Below are positions 21,051-30,849 of a stretch of DNA of 32,000 bases, piece after piece (the first letter of the stretch is position 1; each line of letters begins with the position of its first letter). The notes beneath the pieces were generated by a model. That model saw only the letters and a list, made by a program, of their open reading frames with translations. It had not been told where the DNA came from and searched no databases. The position numbers and the translations under genes are program-made. This DNA comes from Mycobacterium leprae TN (GTDB lineage Bacteria; Actinomycetota; Actinomycetes; Mycobacteriales; Mycobacteriaceae): contig NC_002677.1 in NCBI RefSeq assembly GCF_000195855.1, positions 2,520,001 through 2,552,000 of the forward strand, in the 5' to 3' direction.

Positions 21051-21070
21051 ACTCACAAGCACTCACAAGC
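21051..21070. repeat. Perfect 10-bp tandem duplication (ACTCACAAGC x2)
   Basis: Read directly: positions 21051-21060 equal 21061-21070. It lies in non-coding or decayed DNA. Confidence 0.9.
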
Positions 21071-21283
21071 CCAAGCCGAGCCTGATCGCTCGACTCCCTT
21101 CACTCCTGGCCGCGAAGTTCATCGTCGCCGAACCTTAACCCTCTAGTAGAAGACCCACAGCCGAAGCGGCATTAGCGAGTCAATGCCCCGCGACATTAGG
21201 ATACGAACCGGCATACGCCTTAACTAACCGCAGAATAGAGGTCAATCCCGGACCCTCTGCACCCTACCAGCACTGCAATCCAT

Positions 21284-21988
21284 TCATCGCGCACCGCCGT
21301 CATCACCTCCGGCAGCGCGCACGCTTCGCGGTTTGGAGTCATCGTCAACACGAGAAAGCATCGTCCTTTGTTTAGAGTCACGAAACCGACGAGCCAGCCG
21401 GTTGCTCGTCGGGCAGACCACAGTAAAAATCAAAGCGTGAGCCCATAAATACCTGTACCACACGCTAGTGTAGCAGATCAGCGCAGCCGGGGCCGAACAC
21501 CACCGTGTCCACTCCCAACCCCACCGCGTTGCGAAATATTGAACCCAGGTTCTCGTGGTTGTTGACATCCTCGAGCACCGCTACCTTCCGGGCTCCGACG
21601 ACCACCTGCGCCACACTTGGCTCGGGCACCCATCTCACGGCGGCCAACACTCCACGGTTGAGGTGGAAGCCAACCACCCGAGTCATTGACACCGGCGTAC
21701 ACTTGTATAGTAGGGCACCTGAATGTCGCTGGCATCGGCCAGATCGTCCTTGCGCTCAACCAATCTGCGGTCGATACCCAGCCTAAATGGGGACGCTAGC
21801 ATGCGCCGTACAACCAGCACGCACTCGACGATTACCAGTCCTACCAGTCCTCTGCCGGTCGGCAGATCCGAACGACGATCGATGCTGTTCAAGTCGCGAA
21901 AATCATCGAGTTGCGGATCCTCAGGATTGTTGACGCCTTGAACATCGAGTTCATACAGACCAGCAACGCCATAAAAGCGTGAGGTCAC
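21284..21988 (-). pseudogene. SpoU/TrmH-family RNA 2'-O-methyltransferase (Rv0881-like) pseudogene
   Basis: The N-terminal ORF 21683..21988 has a GTG start overlapping the MarR stop. The central ORF 21465..21692 reads VAVLEDVNNHENLGSIFRNAVGLGVDTVVFGPGCADLL (SpoU motifs 1-2). The C-terminal part is unrecognisable and in a different frame. At least two frameshifts. Confidence 0.75.
21832..21849. repeat. Perfect 9-bp tandem duplication (TACCAGTCC x2) inside the SpoU pseudogene
   Basis: Read directly: positions 21832-21840 equal 21841-21849. It encodes the GLVGLV duplication on the minus strand and preserves the frame. Confidence 0.9.
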
Positions 21989-22416
21989 GGGCTTTCGTCA
22001 ATCAACTCCAAGATCAGATCGGCGGCATTGCGCAGGATGTCACGTTTATCGCTATTCAGCGTCATCAGCCGCTCGACCAGCCATTCCTGGCGGGCGCGCC
22101 GGGCTGCCTTAACCAATTCGGCACCGGACTGCGATACCGAGACCAGCACTTGTCGCCCATCGACAGGGTGTGGCTCACGGTCCACGAACCCCATATCAGC
22201 CAACGATGCGATCACCCGAGTCATCGACGGTGGCCGGACTCGTTCGCGAATCGCTAAGGCGCCAGGCGTCATGGCGCCCTCGTTGGCCAACGTCGTCAGC
22301 GCAGACAGCTGCGACAGCGACACCGGCGATTGCGGGTTCCGGAACCGTAGTTGGCGGGCCAGCCGCATTACGGCCAATGATAAGTCGCTGGCCAGCCGCG
22401 CATCGCTGTCAAGCAT
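21985..22416 (-). CDS. MarR-family transcriptional regulator (Rv0880-like)
   Basis: Intact 143-aa ORF with a winged-helix core ([59 protein letters not shown]). Confidence 0.9.
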   Translation of the reverse strand: MLDSDARLASDLSLAVMRLARQLRFRNPQSPVSLSQLSALTTLANEGAMTPGALAIRERVRPPSMTRVIASLADMGFVDREPHPVDGRQVLVSVSQSGAELVKAARRARQEWLVERLMTLNSDKRDILRNAADLILELIDESP

Positions 22417-22619
22417 GGCGCGAGGTTACATCGGAACCTAAGAATTCGGGTCAGAAACGACGAACGACGGACTTCGATCCTTTTCGCTGTGCTGCTGCAA
22501 TTGCCGACGTTTTTCATTGACGCCCGGTCTAGCTAAGTGCCCAGCTCTCTCCCACGAGTGTGGGACATCACCTCAGGCCGCAGCACCGTGTACTTCGTTG
22601 CCGAGCTAAATTGGATAAG

Positions 22620-22895
22620 ATGCTGGTCGAACCTGATAGAAGCCGCGAGCCGCCTCCGCTACCGTCCATGCTGCTCGAGGTCTGGCCGGTTATAATGGTC
22701 GGCGCTCTAGCCTGGCTGATCGCTGTGGTCGCTGCGTTCGTGGTGTCGAGCCTACAGAGTTGGCGCCCAGTGGCATTGGCCGGACTGGTCGTCGGATTGT
22801 TTGGTACCGGGATTTTCGTGTGGCAACTTGCCGCTGCCCGCCGCGGCGCACGAGGCGCACAAGGCGGACTCGAAACCTATCTCGACCCGAGATAG
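22620..22895 (+). CDS. Small two-TM membrane protein (Rv0879c-like)
   Basis: The internal ATG at 22620 gives 91 aa, the length I recall for Mtb Rv0879c. Two hydrophobic helices are visible (VWPVIMVGALAWLIAVVAAFVV and VALAGLVVGLFGTGIFVW). The maximal ORF starts at GTG 22560. It is divergent from the MarR gene. Confidence 0.7.
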   Translation: MLVEPDRSREPPPLPSMLLEVWPVIMVGALAWLIAVVAAFVVSSLQSWRPVALAGLVVGLFGTGIFVWQLAAARRGARGAQGGLETYLDPR

Positions 22896-23006
22896 CTTGC
22901 CAAGGTCGGCAAGTCAAAAAACCCTACATCCCCGCGCTACCGGATCAGCCCATTCGACCGACCACGCCATACCACCACGATGACTGAGCACCACCAGTCG
23001 AAAAGG

Positions 23007-23816
23007 CTAGTCCGCCGGGGACTCTGGAAGCTGCACTGTAGACGGCTCCAAAATGTCGAGGACACCGTCGTCGTACGGCTCATACACGGATGAGCCGCTG
23101 CCCGCTGGAGCCGGGGTGTCGGAATGAGCACCACAACCGTACAACTTGTCGACAACATGCCCGTCGGCGGACATTTCGTTGCCGCATACCCCGAACATCG
23201 CGCCAAGCGATCCCACCAGCGACAGAAAGAAACCGCAATCGCGGCACACACGCTTGGTGGACCGCGCCATCGGCGAGTCGGGACCGTAATCGCCACCATG
23301 CCACCGCTCGGCCGCCGCCGACCGACCCCAGACACTCATTACCCAGCGTCGACCCAACCCAATTTCGGCGGCGATCTCGTCCACCGCCGGGTCACCACTG
23401 GCGTTGTAACCAGGAACCAACCGTAAGTCCTCCGATGTCGGCGCAAGCAGATCCCCCGGGCCCAAATCCCCCGGTCTGACCCGCTGTTCCCACGGCACCC
23501 ACTCTGGCGCGAGCAGCGCCGTCGGCCCGGGGACCAGTACCACTTCACTCACCGTGGCGTGCTCGGCACCAGGATAAGCAGCGACGACAACCGCCCACTG
23601 CCATCCCTGGTAACCGGGCAAATGCGCCAAGAACCGGTGAGTGGCGGCATTCGGATCTTCGTAACCGACTCCTAAGTAGTCCCCAACCGTCACAGAACCG
23701 CTGAACTCCTCAATAGCCGCCCTGGCATCGTCGGCCGCATTCGTGAGCACCGCCGCCAATTCTTCGGGCCACTCAGCCACGGTCGCGACGGCGGAATCCT
23801 CGACAGGCCCAGTCAC
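23007..23816 (-). CDS. Conserved hypothetical protein (Rv0877-like) with a C-terminal 4-Cys cluster
   Basis: Open frame. The GTG at 23816 is preceded by AAGAGGAGG and gives 269 aa. The maximal ORF extends to 23909. The C-terminal region reads VCRDCGFFLSLVGSLGAMFGVCGNEMSADGHVVDKLYGCGAHS (CxxC...C...C). Confidence 0.75.
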   Translation of the reverse strand: MTGPVEDSAVATVAEWPEELAAVLTNAADDARAAIEEFSGSVTVGDYLGVGYEDPNAATHRFLAHLPGYQGWQWAVVVAAYPGAEHATVSEVVLVPGPTALLAPEWVPWEQRVRPGDLGPGDLLAPTSEDLRLVPGYNASGDPAVDEIAAEIGLGRRWVMSVWGRSAAAERWHGGDYGPDSPMARSTKRVCRDCGFFLSLVGSLGAMFGVCGNEMSADGHVVDKLYGCGAHSDTPAPAGSGSSVYEPYDDGVLDILEPSTVQLPESPAD

Positions 23817-23925
23817 GCTACCTCCTCTTTGCAACCCATAATCCAATTCTGCCGGAAGACACAGTTTGCAAGCGACACCCGGCCTCCTGCACACGCATGA
23901 AGTCGACATAGGACAGAATTGATTC

Positions 23926-25665
23926 GTGTCTGGACGGCGGCGTAATCATCCGGGCCGTTTGGCCTCTATACCAGGCCTCCGGACCCGCACCGGCTCGCGT
24001 AACCAGCATCCAGGCATTGCGAACTACCCGGCCGACAGCTCTGACTTTCGGCCAGCCCAGCAACGGAGAGCGCTGGAACAGCGCGAACAACAAGCCGGGC
24101 AGTTGGACCCAGCGCGCCGCTCGCCGTCGATGCCCAGCGCCAACCGCTATCTCCCGCCCCTGGGCCAGCAGCAGTCAGAACCCCAACACAACAGTGCGCC
24201 ACCATGCGGTCCGTACCCTGGTGAACGAATTAAGGTCACTCGCGCTGCCGCACAGCGAAGCCGTGAAATGGGCTACCGAATGTACTGGATGGTTCAGCGT
24301 GCCGCCACCGCTGACGGCGCTGACAAATCCGGGCTAACTGCATTGACGTGGCCGGTGGTCACGAACTTTGCGGTAGACTCCGCAATGGCCGTTGCACTGG
24401 CCAACACTTTGTTCTTCGCCGCGGCCAGCGGGGAGAGCAAATCCAAAGTCGCGCTGTACCTGCTGATCACCATCGCTCCGTTCGCGGTGATCGCGCCGCT
24501 CATCGGTCCGGCGCTAGACCGGCTGCAGCACGGCCGCCGCGTGGCGCTGGCAACCTCATTCGTGCTACGCACCGGATTGGCAACACTACTGATCATGAAC
24601 TACGACGGCGCCACCGGCAGCTACCCGTCCATGGTGCTCTACCCGTGCGCGCTGGCCATGATGGTGTTGTCGAAATCGTTCAGCGTGCTGCGCAGCGCTG
24701 TCACACCAAGAGTGATGCCGCCCAGCATTGATCTGGTACGCGTCAATTCTCGGCTGACCGTGTTCGGTCTGCTCGGCGGCACCATCGCCGGTGGCGCCAT
24801 CGCGGCCGGTGTCGAGTTCGTCTGCGCCCACCTGTTCAAGCTGCCTGGCGCATTGTTCGTCGTCGCCGCGATCACGATCTCCGGCGCCTTGCTGTCAATG
24901 CGGATTCCGCGCTGGGTCGAGGTAACCGCGGGTGAAATTCCAGCCACTTTGAGCTATCGCTTGCATCGCAAACCATTGCGACAGAGCTGGCCTGAGGAAG
25001 TCAAGAAGGTCAGCGGCAGACTTCGACAACCGTTGGGCCGCAATATCATTACCTCGTTGTGGGGCAATTGCACCATCAAAGTGATGGTCGGCTTCCTATT
25101 CTTATATCCTGCGTTTGTCGCCAAAGAGCATCAAGCCAATGGCTGGGTCCAGCTGGGGATGCTGGGCTTGATCGGCACTGCTGCCGCGATCGGCAACTTC
25201 GCTGGCAATTTCACCAGCGCACGCCTGCAGCTGGGCAGGCCGGCCGTGCTGGTGGTGCGCTGCACAATCGCGGTCACTGTGTTAGCCTTAGCGGCGTCAG
25301 TGGCTGGCAATCTACTGATGACTACTATCGCTACCCTGATCACATCGGGATCTAGTGCAATTGCGAAGGCTTCGTTGGACGCCTCGTTGCAAAATGATTT
25401 GCCTGAGGAGTCACGAGCATCGGGATTCGGCCGTTCAGAATCAACGCTGCAACTAGCATGGGTGCTAGGCGGAGCACTAGGCGTGATGGTGTACACCGAT
25501 TTGTGGGTCGGATTCACCGCGGTCAGTGCCTTGCTGATCCTAGGTCTAGCGCAAACCGTCGTGAGCTTTCGCGGTGATTCGTTAATTCCAGGCCTCGGAG
25601 GTAATCGTCCGGTGATGATTGAGCAGGAGAGCATGCGCCGCGCCGCGGCGGTGAGTCCTCAATGA
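23926..25665 (+). CDS. MFS-type polytopic membrane protein (Rv0876c-like). The start codon is uncertain.
   Basis: The maximal ORF is 579 aa. About 12 hydrophobic segments begin at LTALTWPVVTNFAVDSAMAVALANTLFF. An MFS motif-A-like loop is present (GPALDRLQHGRRVALA). The first 114 codons are R/Q/P/S-rich with no TM segment. An alternative ATG lies at 24268. Confidence 0.8.
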   Translation: MSGRRRNHPGRLASIPGLRTRTGSRNQHPGIANYPADSSDFRPAQQRRALEQREQQAGQLDPARRSPSMPSANRYLPPLGQQQSEPQHNSAPPCGPYPGERIKVTRAAAQRSREMGYRMYWMVQRAATADGADKSGLTALTWPVVTNFAVDSAMAVALANTLFFAAASGESKSKVALYLLITIAPFAVIAPLIGPALDRLQHGRRVALATSFVLRTGLATLLIMNYDGATGSYPSMVLYPCALAMMVLSKSFSVLRSAVTPRVMPPSIDLVRVNSRLTVFGLLGGTIAGGAIAAGVEFVCAHLFKLPGALFVVAAITISGALLSMRIPRWVEVTAGEIPATLSYRLHRKPLRQSWPEEVKKVSGRLRQPLGRNIITSLWGNCTIKVMVGFLFLYPAFVAKEHQANGWVQLGMLGLIGTAAAIGNFAGNFTSARLQLGRPAVLVVRCTIAVTVLALAASVAGNLLMTTIATLITSGSSAIAKASLDASLQNDLPEESRASGFGRSESTLQLAWVLGGALGVMVYTDLWVGFTAVSALLILGLAQTVVSFRGDSLIPGLGGNRPVMIEQESMRRAAAVSPQ

Positions 25666-25672
25666 GACCCTG

Positions 25673-26161
25673 GTGCAACGCCGGGTAACCGTGCTGCTCC
25701 CGGCCGTGGTGATGCTGCTAGCCGCCGCGGCCGGGTTCGGCGTATGGCTGCTGGTGCGCGAGCCCGATCCACAACGACCTGAGATCAGCGTCTATTCACA
25801 CGGACACTTGACTCGCGTGGGGCCGTACCTACACTGCAACATGCTCAACCTCGACGAGTGTCAGACACCGCAAGCGCAAGGCGTGTTATCGGCGGACGAA
25901 CACAATCCAGTGCAGCTCTCGGTTCCTGAAACGATTAGCCGAGCGCCCTGGCGACTGCTGCGAATCTATGAAGACCCGACCGGCACCACCAGCACTCTCT
26001 ATCGGCCGAACACTCGACTAGCGGTGACCATCCCCACCCTCGACCCGCACCGCGGGCGGCTGACCGGAATAGTCGTGCAGTTGCTGACGTTGGTGGTCGA
26101 CCCCGCCGGTGAAGTACACGATGTCCCGCACACGGAATGGTTGGTTCGACTAACGTTCTGA
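25673..26161 (+). CDS. Exported/membrane-anchored conserved protein (Rv0875c-like)
   Basis: Intact 162-aa ORF with a GTG start 7 nt after the MFS stop, so it is probably co-transcribed. It has an N-terminal signal/anchor segment, VTVLLPAVVMLLAAAAGFGVWLLV. Confidence 0.75.
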   Translation: MQRRVTVLLPAVVMLLAAAAGFGVWLLVREPDPQRPEISVYSHGHLTRVGPYLHCNMLNLDECQTPQAQGVLSADEHNPVQLSVPETISRAPWRLLRIYEDPTGTTSTLYRPNTRLAVTIPTLDPHRGRLTGIVVQLLTLVVDPAGEVHDVPHTEWLVRLTF

Positions 26162-26214
26162 CTTTTATGCCAAGATTGCCGCCGAACCATACTCGCCTAC
26201 CCAATCACAGCCTT

Positions 26215-27260
26215 GACGGCAATTTCGGCGCAAGTTACGAACCGGGTGGCGTGATATAATCGATTAAGGTCTACTTCTCCAAAGTTCTCTGGACATGTAA
26301 AACCAGAAATACAGCCAATTCTAGGCCCTTGGCACGCTACAGATAAGTTGGATATCGGCGTGCATAACTGTAGTAGTAATGCTTAATTTGGAAGAAGTCG
26401 ACGGTATCGCCAAAGCCCGGTGTCTGGAACAAATCACGAACGTAAGACCATAGCACTGGCATCTCTCTGAGGTTGCGCCTGTTGCACTTGAAATCCCCGT
26501 GATAGACTGGAATCGAAGCGGGCCAGTTTGGTACTAGAGCCGGACGTCTGCTTTTACGATGCTGTCATCCCTTACGTATCGCCAGCTGGTGAAGTAATCG
26601 CTCACCCAGTACAGCGCAGTGAACAACCGTTGTAGGCCTGTTGCGAGCCAGCAAAGCCACACCGGATACACCCCATGTGTTGATTTAGGTGCAGGTCCTT
26701 TTTGCTCACCTCATCGACCTAAGCCCGCAGCCGATCCGGGTAGAGCTGAGGTGCGCGGTCGCGATGGTAAGCGGCCCACTCCGTGGAGAAATTCAGCGCC
26801 ATACACACCAAATCGTTACATTTCTATAACGGCCGGTGAGTATGTCAACGATCGCTGGGATCGTTATGCCTTTGGAGTAGTCGGGGAAGTACTTGAAATA
26901 AACGTACCGCAACCGGAAGGATCTTGAGCACCGGACCGAAATAGAACATTCAGCTGCATTAATCCATGATTCGACTAAAAATCCGATGGAGAGAATGTCT
27001 TCCAATCCCAGTAGCCGCTAGTGCTGATGACAACGAGTCAATAACGGCCGTTCTCTACCGGACAGCAATCATATCCGTCGGCAGTGATGCAGATAGTAAG
27101 ATATTTTTTCGCAAGTTAATTAGCAAATCCCGGCAACATAGGAAGCCATATTGACAATGTTCCCCTAGGGACACGCGTGTTAAAATATTTTCAGCACAAT
27201 TAAAGCAGCCTAACAAACACCGGTTAGACATCTTCGCGCTGTCCGGCGAATCGTGATCCA
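26215..27260 (-). pseudogene. Xi-class/YqjG-ECM4-type glutathione S-transferase (glutathionyl-hydroquinone reductase-like) pseudogene
   Basis: Minus-strand fragments read GITIPAIVDILTGRYRN, DLHLNQHMGCIRCGFAGSQQAY and RFDSSLS/PVYHGDFKCNRRNLREMPVLWSYVRDLFQTPGFGDTVDFFQIKHYYYS. They are colinear with the YqjG family (RFDAVYHGHFKCN...LFQ.PGF..TV.F..IK.HYY). Numerous stops, and low GC. Confidence 0.75.
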
Positions 27261-27290
27261 ATTGGTCCTCTTACGAGAGCCGCTACCTGA

Positions 27291-28760
27291 TGAAGACATC
27301 ACACATATCGGACGATGTCCCCGTTGAGCACCCGGTAGCCGAGTAGCCGCACCTGCGTCGGATCCTTGCCTAAAAATACATATTCAGTTAATCGAATTCG
27401 AAGAAGCGATCGGCACTGGCCTCTTCATAGGCCTCGGGTTAACAATCTCCGTCGCTAGTCCGGGAGTAACTCGTGGTGTACGAGATGATCGGATTCTTTA
27501 TGTTCTTCGTGCTGCTCGCTATGGGCGAGCTGTTTCTGTCGAACTTGAATCGACCAGTTGTTCGCCGACTTCACGTCCGACTTTTTGTGGCCAACAGCAG
27601 GCTTTTTCATGGTGTGATCGTACTGGTTCGCCCGGATCGTCACCGGTAGCTCAGACATGGTAGCGATCACGGACTACTCAGGTTCTGGTGGAAAGACGTG
27701 CCCGCATGGCTACCGGTCTGGTTACAATCGGTCTAATGTTGATGTTCAACTTGTTAAGTGTGCACAAGCCTTCGGGTAGACTGAATTCTGGTCTTGCCTG
27801 GTCCAGCTAGCTACGGTTGGCTGCCTCATAGTGGTCGGTGCGTTTCTGCTGGTGGCTAGCTTTGTTTCATCGCACGGTAAGCACGCGACGGTTGAAAATT
27901 TCTGGAATGACGGCGGGTTCTTCCCCTATTCGAGTTCATGGGTATGGTAAATGGTTTGCAGATCGCGTTCTTCTCATACATCGAAGTGGAACTCGTCGGT
28001 ACCGCCGCTGAGACAACAAACCCGCGCTGCACCCTTCCTCGAATAGTCAATGCCGTGCCGTTACAGGTGATGATCTTTTACGTCGGCGCTTTCCTGGCAA
28101 TCCCCACCATCTTCTCTTGAAGGTAGTTCACGAACGGTGAGTCACCATATCATAGCGATATTTTCACTGGCAGTAATTTGCCACTGTAGCGTAAATAGTT
28201 AACTTCGTCGTGATCTCCGCCACCTCCTCGGCAAATTCCTGTATATCCTATTCCGGCCGAATGCTTTTCGGTCTTGCAAACGAAGGTAATGCCTCAGCGC
28301 TGTTCCGCCGACTTAACCGCGGCGGAACAACGCCGGCGGTCACCCTACATTCTCATAGCTCCACTGTTGTTGACTTAACTTACTTACCACTGCTCTACGC
28401 TGGAGGTGCAGTGATCAGCGCCTTTACGCTCATCACAACTATTACGTCGTTGTTATTCATGTTGTGTGGGCGATGATCATCGTCAGCTACCTCATCTGCC
28501 AGCGCAGATACCCGCAACACCATGCCGAGTCAAGCTACAAGATTCCCGGCGGTGTACCCCGATGTACTGGATTGTTCTCACTTTTTTCGCATTCGTGCTC
28601 TGGCCGCTAGGCACCGTCAGGGAGACGACGATGGCCTTGGCAGCGTTCCCATTGTGGCTCGTGATCGTTGTGGCCGGTTAGCCAACCGTGGGACGCCAGC
28701 CGTGTCGCGCGGAAGAATACCGCCTCTTCCAGGCCAAGATGAACCGGATCCAAGAATAAA
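27291..28760 (+). pseudogene. APC-superfamily amino-acid permease (CycA/AnsP/GabP-like) pseudogene
   Basis: Fragments across frames read LKIHIQLIEFEEAIGTGLFIGLG.TISVASPGV, FADFTSDFLWPTAGFF, ENFWNDGGFFP, GLQIAFFSYIEVELVGTAAETTNPRCTLPRIVNAVPLQVMIFYVGAF, SSANSCISYSGRMLFGLANEG and YKIPGG. They are colinear with the recalled E. coli CycA. Many stops. Confidence 0.78.
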
Positions 28761-28894
28761 CAGTCCCAACAGGTTGCATACTACGCACCGTGACAAATGT
28801 GATCGGAGCAACCTTAATACTAAGGAGGACACCGTGAAAACCGTAGAGCCAGATTGGACTCGCTCGACCCGACCACCTCCCAGTACGTGATTTA

Positions 28895-30740
28895 CGGTCC
28901 AATAGCCTTAAGCCAATCTACCAGCCCATCCTCCAGTAGATATAGCGGCCCCGCAGAACGACTTTTGTCAGTTGAACATCGACTGCTGTCGGTATTATTC
29001 CATAACGCATAGAAGAGCTCCTCCGCCCGCATAATATTCGCAAAATTTTTAGTCCAGCTCGTATAATTGTTGACCGACGATAGGATCTGTCAGACACCGA
29101 GACTCAGCACACACAACCGACATGGCGAACAGCTCAGCACCAATACCGACAATGCGATCCAGAAATCCCTGCCCGTGTTCCAAAAAGACTTGCCAACAAG
29201 CCATCCCGTAAAATTTGTGCAGGCCAACTTACTCGGGGAACGTTCAACATACCACAGGTAGAAAGCGATCGGACCGAACTAGCTATGTATACGCTGCGGG
29301 CTGTTGGCCTTCGCCACAGACTAGTTTCAACAACTATTTTGCATAGATTTGCATAGAACTCGTTCACGCCAACTGTAACTTTTTCTTGCAACTTGACGTT
29401 AAGTTTCGTCAGGGCACCTTCGGTAGTGAAATCGGGTGTCAAGCGCCTCTCTGGCGATGAACAGCAGCATGTGATATCGCTTGATCCTTCGAAGATGCGG
29501 TTGATCCGCAGTTACCGCAGCATCCGCTCGGCTGTCACCGCACGCTCGCCACGCGCCGCGAGAGATCCGGCTGTCACGTAGCCCCGTCCACCCCGGGTTT
29601 GGATCAGCTCGTAAACAATACGGCAGACCATCTCACTAAACCAGAACTTAGCCAACGCCATTTCGATCCTTATGTCGTTACACCCTTCGTCGACCATCTG
29701 GCCAGACAGCTCCACCACCGCTTGCGGTGCATAATTGATGGCGACGATGAATGCAATCTCACTGGCAACCGTTTCATGTTTGCCAACTGACTTGCCCCAT
29801 GGCGCGCACTAGCTGGACTATTCTCCTGCGATCTTCAGTGACCATTTTGACGGCCAAGTCTTCAGGCCGTCACCTTCCTAGCCCGATTAACTTTTCGACG
29901 AGGATGCTAACACGATGGAGCCTGGTTTACCGCCGTTTTCGATGCCCCGTAGTCCCATGCACTTGTTACGCCGCTCCACGGTGACCCTCAGAGTGAATCA
30001 GCCTAGACCACGAATACGGCTGACTCCCCTCGATACCCTTTGTTGCGGGATACTCGGGCCATGACCACCAGCAATTCTGCTACTACAACCGTTGGTGGTC
30101 CGCAACTTAACACCTTCGAGTTCATAGGCTTGCCTATCGTAGACCGGTGTAGCCACCGAGGCGAGGCGGGCTGGATCTACGCTTCGATAAGCAGAAACGG
30201 CACCAGCGGCACACCGCGGCAAGAACATCCGCTTCTGTTACGAGATCCCAGCAAGCTTTAGTAGTTCGGCTAATTCCAATAAACTGGTAAACTATATACA
30301 GTACGCCGAGACTGGGGTAACGCTGGTAGTCATCATCAGCGCACAGCTGTAGGCTACTTGCGACATGTGCAAACCGCCATACTCCGGTCTGTATATTCAT
30401 GCATGCCGAAGCAACCCAGGCCGACAAAGTCTTTCACGTATTCATCAGGAATCTGCGCATCGCACTCGATAACACTCCCGTCAACGGCGACAAGAAACTG
30501 CTGCAGCTGGTCCAAAAACGCGGCTGTACGAGCCGCTTCGACATCGAACGGCTTAGGAGACGGATGTACGAGTTGGAAAAAGTGACCAAAGAACAGTTTT
30601 TTGACTAAATCTACTCTATACCAACAACTTTCACAGTATGCTTCGGCGAGGGTTCGTGCTTTCTCCTGAATAACCTCTACTTACTTCCCCATCACTAACG
30701 ACTTAGCACAACGTTTTGGATACCCCACTCCCTGCCCACA
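28895..30740 (-). pseudogene. fadE10: Long-form acyl-CoA dehydrogenase FadE10 (Rv0873-like) pseudogene
   Basis: Minus-strand fragments read VKKLFFGHFFQLVHPSPKPFDVEAARTAAFLDQLQQFLVAVDGSVIECDAQIPDEYVKDF, DPARLASVATPVYDRQAYELEGVKLRTTNG, CMGLRGIENGG and DIRIEMALAKFWFSEMVCRIVYELIQTRGGRGYVTAGSLAARGERAV. A C-terminal extension (RGRYIYW) follows. Frames change repeatedly. The position agrees with Mtb synteny. Confidence 0.82.
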
Positions 30741-30849
30741 TGCTATAATGCACCGATGTCCTAAGGATTAGGTATAAGTTCTTCCATCAGCTGTGAGCTG
30801 GTGCACGTCGCTGCCGAACGAAGTGGATAAGCCGTGTCGAAGCTGCATG

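Noticed and set aside
20778-21146. A 122-aa Pro/Thr/Gln-rich plus-strand ORF between the sepH-like gene and the SpoU pseudogene
   Set aside because: It has no motif, low-complexity composition and no ribosome-binding site. The region is better explained as decayed DNA containing an Rv0882-like remnant on the opposite strand.
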